DNA of 64,000 nucleotides from a virus (lineage: Duplodnaviria; Caudoviricetes), in the IMG/VR virus record IMGVR_UViG_3300028531_000001, positions 12,865 to 76,864 of that record; one strand, given 5' to 3'. This document shows, piece after piece, positions 51,101-58,522 of the stretch. The notes below the pieces were generated by a model. The model saw only the letters and a list, made by a program, of their open reading frames with translations, did not search any database and was not told the origin of the DNA. The translations under genes and the position numbers were made by a program. How positions within the stretch are numbered: the stretch's first letter is position 1; each line of letters opens with the position of its first letter.

Positions 51101-51450
51101 AGGGAAAGAGACGGTCAGCGAAAATGCGGAAGGTCGTGTCGGGCGGGACAACAATCTACGCCAGCCTCCTCAGTCTGCGGCATGTCCCGCCGATACTTCA
51201 CATCGAATATCGAGACGGTCACATCATGTCGCTCACCATCTCCCAGGCAATTCTCGATGAGGCTATCCGGAACGACTTACTCGGCGAAGATATCGGCCTG
51301 GAGGGGCTAGCCACTTGGGATATCTCCGACTGGACACTGGTGTCCTTCCGGGTCACTCGCCTCACCAGGTATCGTCCTGGCCAGCCTGAGATCCCTGAAG
51401 CTATCCGGCAACTCGCGGAGACGTCCAAAGGGCGATGGATCTGGGGTTAA
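51097..51450 (+). CDS. Hypothetical protein
   Basis: 117 aa, 4-bp overlap. Confidence 0.5.
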   Translation: MKGKRRSAKMRKVVSGGTTIYASLLSLRHVPPILHIEYRDGHIMSLTISQAILDEAIRNDLLGEDIGLEGLATWDISDWTLVSFRVTRLTRYRPGQPEIPEAIRQLAETSKGRWIWG

Positions 51451-51638
51451 CCCCGACGAAGATGTCAGACTACAGCGGCTTGGAGAGCGAGCACCGGCGG
51501 CGGGAGATCGCCAAGCGAATGCCGCGTCGCGAAATTCGTGAGAGGCTCCTAGACTCCATCAAGGCCAATTACGAAGCCTTGGGCCGAGATCCTTGGCTCG
51601 ATGATGACGAGGACTGGGATGTCTTACGGCGACGCTAG
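51435..51638 (+). CDS. Hypothetical protein
   Basis: 67 aa; start 51435 or 51462. Confidence 0.45.
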   Translation: MDLGLTPTKMSDYSGLESEHRRREIAKRMPRREIRERLLDSIKANYEALGRDPWLDDDEDWDVLRRR

Positions 51639-51659
51639 AACCGATCAACAGAATCGCCC

Positions 51660-51687
51660 TTGACAACCGACGAGGGCCACCTATATT
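51660..51687 (+). promoter_or_regulatory. Promoter of the tRNA unit
   Basis: TTGACA(51660-65)-N16-TATATT(51682-87), 6 bp before the tRNA 5' end. Confidence 0.75.
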
Positions 51688-51693
51688 TGGATT

Positions 51694-51765
51694 GCCAGGG
51701 AAGAGTGCCGGTTGCTCGCCAGTCTCATAAACTGGAGGAAGTGGGTTCGATTCCCACCCCTGACA
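51694..51765 (+). tRNA. tRNA with CAT anticodon (elongator Met or Ile2), no encoded CCA
   Basis: Acceptor GCCAGGG/CCCTGAC (one C-A mismatch), D arm GAGT/GCTC, anticodon arm CCAGT-CTCATAA-ACTGG, T arm GTGGG-TTCGATT-CCCAC; lacks the three G-C pairs of initiator tRNA. Confidence 0.88.
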
Positions 51766-52055
51766 CTCGACCGTAGGTCAACCCTTCGGTTCAAGACACA
51801 CCTTAAAAGCGACGCGTCCCCTTCTTGCGTTGAGAATGGGGAACCGGATTTCCCGGGGATCGGATGCGAGCGGCCACCCTGAACTCACTCGACACCTGAA
51901 AACACCCGAAGCCTGATTGCTCGCGGAAATCAACGGCTCGACTTCGATGCAATACACGACCGGCCCGCCTTCCACGGACCGTCGAATTCGATACCCCCTC
52001 AGTCGCTTCGGTGGCTGAGCAGCAGAGCCGCCCTCGGGTGGCTCTTGCTATTTCG
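51766..52055 (+). ncRNA. Candidate structured RNA co-transcribed with the tRNA
   Basis: ORF-poor; helices CGCGTCC/GGATGCG and AGCC-TGATT/AATCA-GGCT, a UUCG-capped hairpin and a terminal hairpin. Confidence 0.45.
52021..52055 (+). terminator. Terminator hairpin ending the tRNA unit, convergent with 52062-52775
   Basis: AGCAGAGCCGCC-CTCG-GGTGGCTCTTGCT followed by ATTTC. Confidence 0.6.
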
Positions 52056-52061
52056 AAGTGC

Positions 52062-52775
52062 TCACCCCGAACACCGCAGGCAAAACACCCCCGCCCGCCT
52101 GACCCCGCCGCACCCAGGGCAAGCCTTCGCCTTGACCGGGTACTCCAGCACCACGCCCCGCTCCCGCATCTGGCCCCACCGCACGTCCCGCCGGAAGCAC
52201 TTCCGCTCCGTCCCCACCTGTCGATCGTCGAAGTACCACGCCATCCCGCCGCCGATCAGGTTGGTGTGTGCCGGCACGAACCGGGCTCTCGCCAGTCGCT
52301 CGGCCTCGTCCCACGCGTCACGCTCGGCCTGACCGATGGCCTCGTCCTCGCGGTAGAACTCGGCCTCATCCTCGGCCGTGACGGCGATCGTGGCGGCATC
52401 GGCGACGTCGGACGGGAATGAGTCGAGGAAGTCCCACGCGTTGTCGGCCACCAGGTCCGTGGCCACGACCTCCCTGCCCCGCCCCGCCCGCTCCCTCGCC
52501 GGCCTGCCCTCGCCCTCCTTCACCCAGCGGCCCCCCTGCATCGAGAGCCCCAGCGACGACACGGCGGCGACCCCCATCACGACCGAGGGGCCGTCCGGGC
52601 ACTCGTCCCACCGCTGGGCCCAGCCCGACGACTCGGCCGCGTCGATCACCGATTCCAGGTAGGCCGGGGACCACCCCGTCGCCCTCGCCACGTCGGAGAC
52701 CAGGGGCACGATCGGCAGGCCCAACAAGGCGTCCGCGAACTGGGCAATCTCGGCCTCGGTGACGGTCGCGTGCAT
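52062..52775 (-). CDS. Hypothetical protein with N-terminal wHTH-like region and C-terminal CxxC..CxxC Zn ribbon
   Basis: SDVARATGWSPAYLESVIDAAESSGW; CPGCGG...CLRCSG. Confidence 0.6.
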   Translation of the reverse strand: MHATVTEAEIAQFADALLGLPIVPLVSDVARATGWSPAYLESVIDAAESSGWAQRWDECPDGPSVVMGVAAVSSLGLSMQGGRWVKEGEGRPARERAGRGREVVATDLVADNAWDFLDSFPSDVADAATIAVTAEDEAEFYREDEAIGQAERDAWDEAERLARARFVPAHTNLIGGGMAWYFDDRQVGTERKCFRRDVRWGQMRERGVVLEYPVKAKACPGCGGVRRAGVFCLRCSG

Positions 52776-52852
52776 GGCTGGCCCCGGAAATGTGACAACC
52801 CGGATTTTTCTTGTCCCGACCCATCAACGACTTGCGGCGGATGACCCATCGC

Positions 52853-52871
52853 AATGTGAGGAGATGATACC
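52853..52871 (+). promoter_or_regulatory. Dispersed motif copy AATGTGAGGAGATGATACC at the start of the late operon
   Basis: Intergenic between 52775 (minus) and 52917 (plus). Confidence 0.65.
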
Positions 52872-52916
52872 TAGTATTGCAGGATACCGCGTTTTGTCCA
52901 GGTGGGGAATCCGCCC

Positions 52917-53108
52917 GTGACCGCCAACAAAGAACGAATCCTCGCGCGCGATCTCCGAGTGTTCCGCGACGTGGAGCTCACCGGACGCCTGACGGTCCGC
53001 GAAGTGGCCGATCGGGAGGGCATCACGCGACAGCATGTTTATCGGTGCATCGAGGCCGCGAGGAAGCGGCCGGCGGTCAAGCGGATGCTCGCCCGGCCGA
53101 TCGCCTGA
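52917..53108 (+). CDS. Small HTH DNA-binding protein
   Basis: LTVREVADREGITRQHVYRCI. Confidence 0.7.
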   Translation: MTANKERILARDLRVFRDVELTGRLTVREVADREGITRQHVYRCIEAARKRPAVKRMLARPIA

Positions 53109-53150
53109 CGAGGGCCCGCCGTGTCCCCGAACCAATCCGAGGGTCCGAAC

Positions 53151-53534
53151 ATGGGCGGTGCCAGCGTGCCGGATACCGATGAGTTCGCGGTCCAGGCCGG
53201 GCCCGCCTACGCCCCCGGGACGATCCTGATCGCCGACGACCGGGGCAACCTCGTCCCGCTGGTGGCGGGCGGCTCCGGCTCGTCCTCGCCGGTCAGGGAC
53301 GCGGTCAAGGCCATGCTCCCGTCGCTCCGGGTCGCGTGGAAGTCGGGCCGGTCCGATCGCCCTCGACTCGTCAACGCGGTGCCGCTGTTCCTCATCCTCC
53401 AGATCTTCGCGGCCCTATTCCCGTTCATCATCGCGTGGCTCCAGCAGAACTTCATGAAACTCCCGGAACTGCTCAGGGCGGAGCCGGTCGAGTTCGAGCC
53501 CGCGTTTTACCGATCAATCTCGGAGGTCGAGTGA
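53151..53534 (+). CDS. Membrane protein, first gene of the putative lysis block
   Basis: TM AVPLFLILQIFAALFPFIIAWL. Confidence 0.6.
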   Translation: MGGASVPDTDEFAVQAGPAYAPGTILIADDRGNLVPLVAGGSGSSSPVRDAVKAMLPSLRVAWKSGRSDRPRLVNAVPLFLILQIFAALFPFIIAWLQQNFMKLPELLRAEPVEFEPAFYRSISEVE

Positions 53535-54367
53535 TGAGGCTGGCTCGCATCGCAACGGTCGGCCTCGTCTTGCTCGCATCCCCCGCGTGGGCGGTCGAGC
53601 CGAAGGCGGTCATCGTCGGCCCGACGTCCACCAAGGTCGGGCGGACCGTCTTCCTGAACGCCAGCACGTCGGCCTTCGACGCCCAGTACCCGCTCAAGTG
53701 GCTCCCGCTGGGCAACCCCGGCGAGAACCGCATCGAGGGGCAGGCGGCCGACCCCGGCGGGCAGGTGATCCTGTTCGACCAGAACGGCAAGGCCAACGCC
53801 GTGCTGGCCTACACGTCGGAGCGGCCGGGCACGTTCGACTTCGCGCTGATCGCCAAGGGCAAGCCCGAGGGGTCGGACACCGCCGAGGCCGACGTCCTGA
53901 TCGTGCGGCTGAAGGTCGAGCCCGAGGGCGTCACGCCGCCTGCACCCACGCCGACGCCCGGACCTGCCCCCAATCCGACTCCCAGCCCGACGCCCACGCC
54001 CGCCCCGCCGAATCCGGGGCCCGCTCCCAACCCGACGCCGACGAACGCCTGGCTGGGCATCGTCAGGGACGGGATCGACCAGGTGGGACAGCCCAAGGAC
54101 CACAAGGTCGCCTGCGCCAAGGCCCTGGCCCCGTGGATCCGGGCACTGGCCGCGAGGCAGGACGTGAGCAACGTGCCGGCCTTCCTGGAGGCCAACCGCG
54201 AGTCCGTGCGGCAGGCGCTGGGCAACAACTACGACGCCTGGCTGCCGTTCCGCGACGCCATCAAGGCGGGCCTGGACGAATCCAACCGGGCCATGCTCGT
54301 GCTGACCCTGCCGCAGTACCGGGCCGAGTGGCTGAAGATCGCGGACGCGGTGGAGGCGTACCAATGA
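53534..54367 (+). CDS. Exported protein: signal peptide, Ig/PKD-like domain, Pro-Thr linker, helical domain
   Basis: MRLARIATVGLVLLASPAWA; PTPTPGPAPNPTPSPTPTPAPPNPGPAPNPTPT linker. Confidence 0.7.
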   Translation: MRLARIATVGLVLLASPAWAVEPKAVIVGPTSTKVGRTVFLNASTSAFDAQYPLKWLPLGNPGENRIEGQAADPGGQVILFDQNGKANAVLAYTSERPGTFDFALIAKGKPEGSDTAEADVLIVRLKVEPEGVTPPAPTPTPGPAPNPTPSPTPTPAPPNPGPAPNPTPTNAWLGIVRDGIDQVGQPKDHKVACAKALAPWIRALAARQDVSNVPAFLEANRESVRQALGNNYDAWLPFRDAIKAGLDESNRAMLVLTLPQYRAEWLKIADAVEAYQ

Positions 54368-55272
54368 GCACGGAAATCCATCTCGGCCGCGACACCGAGG
54401 CCACGGAAGCCAACTGGGAAGCCATCGCGGCCAGCATGCCCGTCGCCCCGCAGTTGTTCATGGGCGAGCGGCCCCGCAAGACGAACAACGCGAAGTTCCT
54501 TCTACCAAGATATGCAGGTCAATTGATTGGGTGTTGCGTCGGGGAGGCAGCCGCACACGCGATCGAGCACCTGACGCGGTTGCCGGCCGACAAGAACCCC
54601 AACAGCCCGCCCCGCGAGGGCGTGCCGATCTCCCCGCTGGCCATGTACCTCCAGGCCCGTCTCTACAGCCGCTCCCGTGGGCTGAGGCTCGGCGGCGAGG
54701 GGGCCATCGTCTCGCACTGCGCCGAGTCGATCTCCGACGCCGACGGGGGGCTGGTCCGCTACGACTACTACCCGGCCACCACCGAGAACTACAAGCGTTA
54801 CAGCGACAACGTCCGGCTCTCCGCCGACGCCGAGAAGGACCGCAAGACGTACATCGTCAAGGACAAGGCCCTGCTGACGTCGTGGGACGCGATCCTCGAC
54901 GCCCTGGCCACGGGCCGCACGGTGGACGTCGGGACGCGGATTCCCTCGGGGATGATGAACACGGGCCCCGACGGCGGGTTCCGCTGGAACGGCCGCGTCG
55001 TCGGCGGGCACGCCTACCTGCTCGTCGATTACGACCTCGACTTCCAGGGCGGGGTCATCTGGATCGACAACTCGTGGGACAACGCCGGCTGGGGCGACGT
55101 TGCAGGATGCAAGGCCGGCAAGTATCCCCGCCCGCTCGGCTACGTGCGGATCGACGAGTTCCGCCGCGAATTCGAGGGGAACCTGCTCACCAACGGCACG
55201 TCCGAGGCCGTCGTCTTCAACGACGCCGGGGACTGGTCCACGCCCAAACTGATCTACGACAACTCGTGGTAA
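54364..55272 (+). CDS. Papain-family (C1) cysteine peptidase
   Basis: Q.IGCC (Gln/Cys), SPLAMY, GGHAY (His), DNSW..GWG (Asn). Confidence 0.85.
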   Translation: MSTEIHLGRDTEATEANWEAIAASMPVAPQLFMGERPRKTNNAKFLLPRYAGQLIGCCVGEAAAHAIEHLTRLPADKNPNSPPREGVPISPLAMYLQARLYSRSRGLRLGGEGAIVSHCAESISDADGGLVRYDYYPATTENYKRYSDNVRLSADAEKDRKTYIVKDKALLTSWDAILDALATGRTVDVGTRIPSGMMNTGPDGGFRWNGRVVGGHAYLLVDYDLDFQGGVIWIDNSWDNAGWGDVAGCKAGKYPRPLGYVRIDEFRREFEGNLLTNGTSEAVVFNDAGDWSTPKLIYDNSW

Positions 55273-55282
55273 GGAGCCTCCC

Positions 55283-55591
55283 ATGACCTTCGACCCGACC
55301 AATGACGCCCAGTTCCAGCAGCTCGGCGACGAGATCGCCCACGCCGCCGTCGCCGCGGTCAACACCTCCGCCAACCAGGTCTTCGAGAGCTACCAGCCGG
55401 GCCGCCATCCCGCGACCGACGAGGGGCCGCAGACCTTCGGCGCCGGGCTGTTCGACCCCAAGCAACTGGCCAAGCAACTGGCCATCACGCTCGTCCCGAT
55501 GCTGATCTCGGCCATCGCCGACCGCGTGCCGGGGATCAGCACGATCGAGTTGAGCAACTACGTGATCTCCAAGATCAATCAGCTGCTGTAA
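55283..55591 (+). CDS. Hypothetical protein with a hydrophobic C-terminal segment
   Basis: AAGGAG RBS; LAITLVPMLISAIA. Confidence 0.65.
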   Translation: MTFDPTNDAQFQQLGDEIAHAAVAAVNTSANQVFESYQPGRHPATDEGPQTFGAGLFDPKQLAKQLAITLVPMLISAIADRVPGISTIELSNYVISKINQLL

Positions 55592-55675
55592 CCGTGGACC
55601 ATCGGGCTTCTCGTCGTTCGGACGGCTCGCCGTCTCCGAGGCGGGCCAGACTCCCCTCTCACGACGAGGTGACTC

Positions 55676-56269
55676 ATGCCACACCGAGAGGCCGCATCGA
55701 AGCTCTGTTATGCTTTATTTGGCGGCAGCGTCATCCTCGGGAGCGTCGATTCGGCCAACGCCACGGCACTGGCGGCGGGCGTCTCGGCGCTGGCCATCGC
55801 GCTGACGACCGCCGCCGTCTACGCGATCAACAACCTCGGCCCCGCCTGGCTGAAGTATCGCAAGGACCGCGACGAGATGCTCTCTCGGACGCTCGGGGGC
55901 CAGCTGGCGGCCCTGCGGGAGACGCTCCAGGACACGAATGCCAAGCTCGCGGCCAAGGACGACCTGATCGAGACGCACCTGGCCCGGATCGACTCTCAGG
56001 CCGACGTGATCGAGGAACTCCGCGACACGATCCGCATGCTCCGCGAACGCACGCACACGCTGGCCGGCGAGGTCAACAATGTGAAGCTCAACGCCATGCT
56101 CGACCACGAGAAGATCGGGGAGACGCGGCGGGCGGTCAACACGCAGTCCAAGGCGATCACCGAACTCGCCGAGGCGGCCGGCCACGTCACGATCGCCCCC
56201 GCCCTGATCGAGACCAACGCGGAGATGGCGACGCTGCGCGATCCGAAGCCCGAGGGACCGACCCCATGA
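55676..56269 (+). CDS. Holin-like membrane protein with two TM helices and a coiled coil
   Basis: ALFGGSVILG and LAAGVSALAIALTTAAVYAI followed by a long heptad region. Confidence 0.55.
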   Translation: MPHREAASKLCYALFGGSVILGSVDSANATALAAGVSALAIALTTAAVYAINNLGPAWLKYRKDRDEMLSRTLGGQLAALRETLQDTNAKLAAKDDLIETHLARIDSQADVIEELRDTIRMLRERTHTLAGEVNNVKLNAMLDHEKIGETRRAVNTQSKAITELAEAAGHVTIAPALIETNAEMATLRDPKPEGPTP

Positions 56270-56445
56270 ATGTCGCGTACTCAGCGATGCTGCTGATCCC
56301 GATATCGACCGGCCCGATCGTGGCCAGGACGCTCATGCAGCTCGGATTCCGGGTCGTGGCCGACATCCAGGACCGCCGCAAGCTCAAGAGGCACGGCATC
56401 GCACCGCGGGCCCGGCACATCGGGCTCGAACCGAGAGACGACTGA
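56266..56445 (+). CDS. Small hydrophobic/basic protein
   Basis: 59 aa, 4-bp overlap. Confidence 0.45.
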   Translation: MNVAYSAMLLIPISTGPIVARTLMQLGFRVVADIQDRRKLKRHGIAPRARHIGLEPRDD

Positions 56446-56452
56446 GGCCCCG

Positions 56453-57007
56453 ATGGACGACCAGCGACCGCCGTGGCTCCGACAACCCGGAGAGCCGAGC
56501 GCGGCCTACGCGGCGTTCCGGTACTACTTCCAGCAGGGCCCGATCCGCTCGATGGTCGGGACGATCGAGTACCTCCAGACGCTCAAGGGTGACCGCCGCA
56601 CTCCCCCCGTCTACAAGTGGTCGAGCCTGCACAACTGGGATGAGCGGGCCGCGGCCTACGACGAATACACGCATCAGGACATCACCGAGGAGCAGCGGGC
56701 CATCGCCGCCGCCCAGGCGAAGATCTGGGCCGAGCGTCGGTATCAGATCCTCGAAGAGGACTTCGAGGTCGGCAGCCGGTTCTACCGCCGGTTCCGCTCG
56801 ATCGACCTGGACAGGCTCGAGCCGAAGGACCTGCGGACGGTCGCGGCGGCGTGGAAGGACGCTTCGGCGGTCCGCAGCGAGGCCGTGAATCGGGCGACCG
56901 GGGCCGAGGATTCAGACGATGGCTTCGACGTGGAAAAGGCGACGCCCGAAGAGTGCCGGGCTTACCTCAAAGGAAAAGCTAGCGTACGCGAAGATCAAGC
57001 TCGCTGA
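56453..57007 (+). CDS. Terminase small subunit (putative)
   Basis: AFRYY..GP.RS...WS..HNW.ERA.AYD pattern; directly before TerL. Confidence 0.7.
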   Translation: MDDQRPPWLRQPGEPSAAYAAFRYYFQQGPIRSMVGTIEYLQTLKGDRRTPPVYKWSSLHNWDERAAAYDEYTHQDITEEQRAIAAAQAKIWAERRYQILEEDFEVGSRFYRRFRSIDLDRLEPKDLRTVAAAWKDASAVRSEAVNRATGAEDSDDGFDVEKATPEECRAYLKGKASVREDQAR

Positions 57008-58502
57008 GTACGAGGAAGCGTCCGAGAACGCTTGGCGGCCCTTTCCGGGCCCTCAGTCGATGGCCTACAACTCGTTAGCAAACGTCATTGGGTATGGCGG
57101 TGCAGCGGGCGGCGGGAAAACGGACTTCATCCTCGGGAAGGCTCTGACTCAACACCAGAAGGCGATCATCTTCCGCCGCGAAAGCACCCAGTTCAGTGGG
57201 ATCATTGAGCGTGGCGAGGAGATCTTCAACGGCCTCGCGACGTTTAATCAGGTCCATAAGGTCTGGAAGTTCGACGAGGTTGGACGTTTCATCGAGCTTG
57301 GCTACGTCCAGTTCGACAAGGACAAGCGGAAGTATCGAGGCCGCCCGCACGATCTTATCGCGATTGACGAAGCAACCGAGTGGAACGAATTACTCGTCCG
57401 CTTCCTGATGGGCTGGAATCGAACAGCCAAGATCGGGCAACGGTGCCAGACGGTGCTTACCTTCAATCCTCCCGATACGAAGGAGGGTGAATGGGTCCTG
57501 TCCTACTTCGCTCCTTGGCTCGATCCAAATCATCCGAACCCAGCCGTCCCGGGCGAGCTTCGCTGGTATGCAACGATTCCCGATCCGGAAGCCAGGGACG
57601 GATACCGCGACATTGAGCGGCCTGACGGCGAGCCATTCAGGAATGGGGCCGAGACTGTCACGCCTTTGTCCAGGACATTCGTTCCCGCCAAGGTGACCGA
57701 CAACCCGGTCTACATGGCGACGAATTACGTCCAGCAGTTACAGGGGATGCCGGAGCCGCTGCGATCTCAGTTGCTTTACGGCGACTTCGTGGCGGGACTC
57801 AAGGAAGATGCCTGGCAGCTCATCCCATCGCGGTGGATCGAGCTATCCAACGATCGGTGGCTTGCAAGGAATGCCAGCGAGATGCGTCGCACTCCGATGA
57901 CCGCAGTCGGCAACGACGTGGCTCACGGCGGCAAGGATAAGACCACGATCGCCAGGCGTCACGACCACTGGTTCGACGAACTCCTCTCCTACCCTGGAAA
58001 GGAGACGCCGACAGGAAATGCGGCTGCGACCTTAGTGGTAGACGCATGGCTGCCCCCGGCTCACATCAACGTGGACGCGATTGGCTACGGTGCAGCTTGC
58101 GCCGAAAAGCTCCAAGAGCACAACATTGACGCCTACGCGGTTAACGTTGCGATGCCTTCGGAATTCCGAGATCGATCGACAAAGTTCGGCATGATCAACC
58201 AACGGGCCGAGATGTTCTGGCGAATCCGCGAAGCACTCGACCCAGAGTATCCCGATTCGCTGATCGATCTACCGCCCGACCCCGAATTGCGTGCCGACCT
58301 GACATCGCTCTCCTATGAGATCACGCCTCGCGGAATCAAGATCCGCTCTAAAAGCGAGATTCGCGGCGAGTTGGCAAGATCCACGGACAAGGGCGATGCC
58401 GTCGGATTAGCCATGCTGCCCGAGCCCGCGAGGTCCGCCGGATTCTCGGCCGGCGGCGAGAAGACCCCGATCGTGGCCCCCTACGTCGGGGGCAGACGCT
58501 GA
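56919..58502 (+). CDS. terL: Terminase large subunit
   Basis: P.PGPQ, Walker A YGGAAGGGKT, Walker B IAIDEATE, TFNP, nuclease G.DVAHGG.DKT and D.GDA. Confidence 0.92.
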   Translation: MASTWKRRRPKSAGLTSKEKLAYAKIKLAEYEEASENAWRPFPGPQSMAYNSLANVIGYGGAAGGGKTDFILGKALTQHQKAIIFRRESTQFSGIIERGEEIFNGLATFNQVHKVWKFDEVGRFIELGYVQFDKDKRKYRGRPHDLIAIDEATEWNELLVRFLMGWNRTAKIGQRCQTVLTFNPPDTKEGEWVLSYFAPWLDPNHPNPAVPGELRWYATIPDPEARDGYRDIERPDGEPFRNGAETVTPLSRTFVPAKVTDNPVYMATNYVQQLQGMPEPLRSQLLYGDFVAGLKEDAWQLIPSRWIELSNDRWLARNASEMRRTPMTAVGNDVAHGGKDKTTIARRHDHWFDELLSYPGKETPTGNAAATLVVDAWLPPAHINVDAIGYGAACAEKLQEHNIDAYAVNVAMPSEFRDRSTKFGMINQRAEMFWRIREALDPEYPDSLIDLPPDPELRADLTSLSYEITPRGIKIRSKSEIRGELARSTDKGDAVGLAMLPEPARSAGFSAGGEKTPIVAPYVGGRR

Positions 58503-58522
58503 CGACCCAGTGAGGACGAACG

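Noticed and set aside
51694-51765. tRNA as prophage attachment site
   Set aside because: It lies mid-genome between phage genes with its own promoter, and no duplicated 3' fragment is visible in the window.
53930-54045. DNA tandem repeat or VNTR
   Set aside because: Imperfect repeats simply encode a Pro-Thr linker; no exact periodic unit.
56919-57007. Programmed frameshift fusing TerS and TerL
   Set aside because: The 89-bp overlap is explained by an ATG at 56919 with GAGGA upstream; no convincing slippery heptamer.
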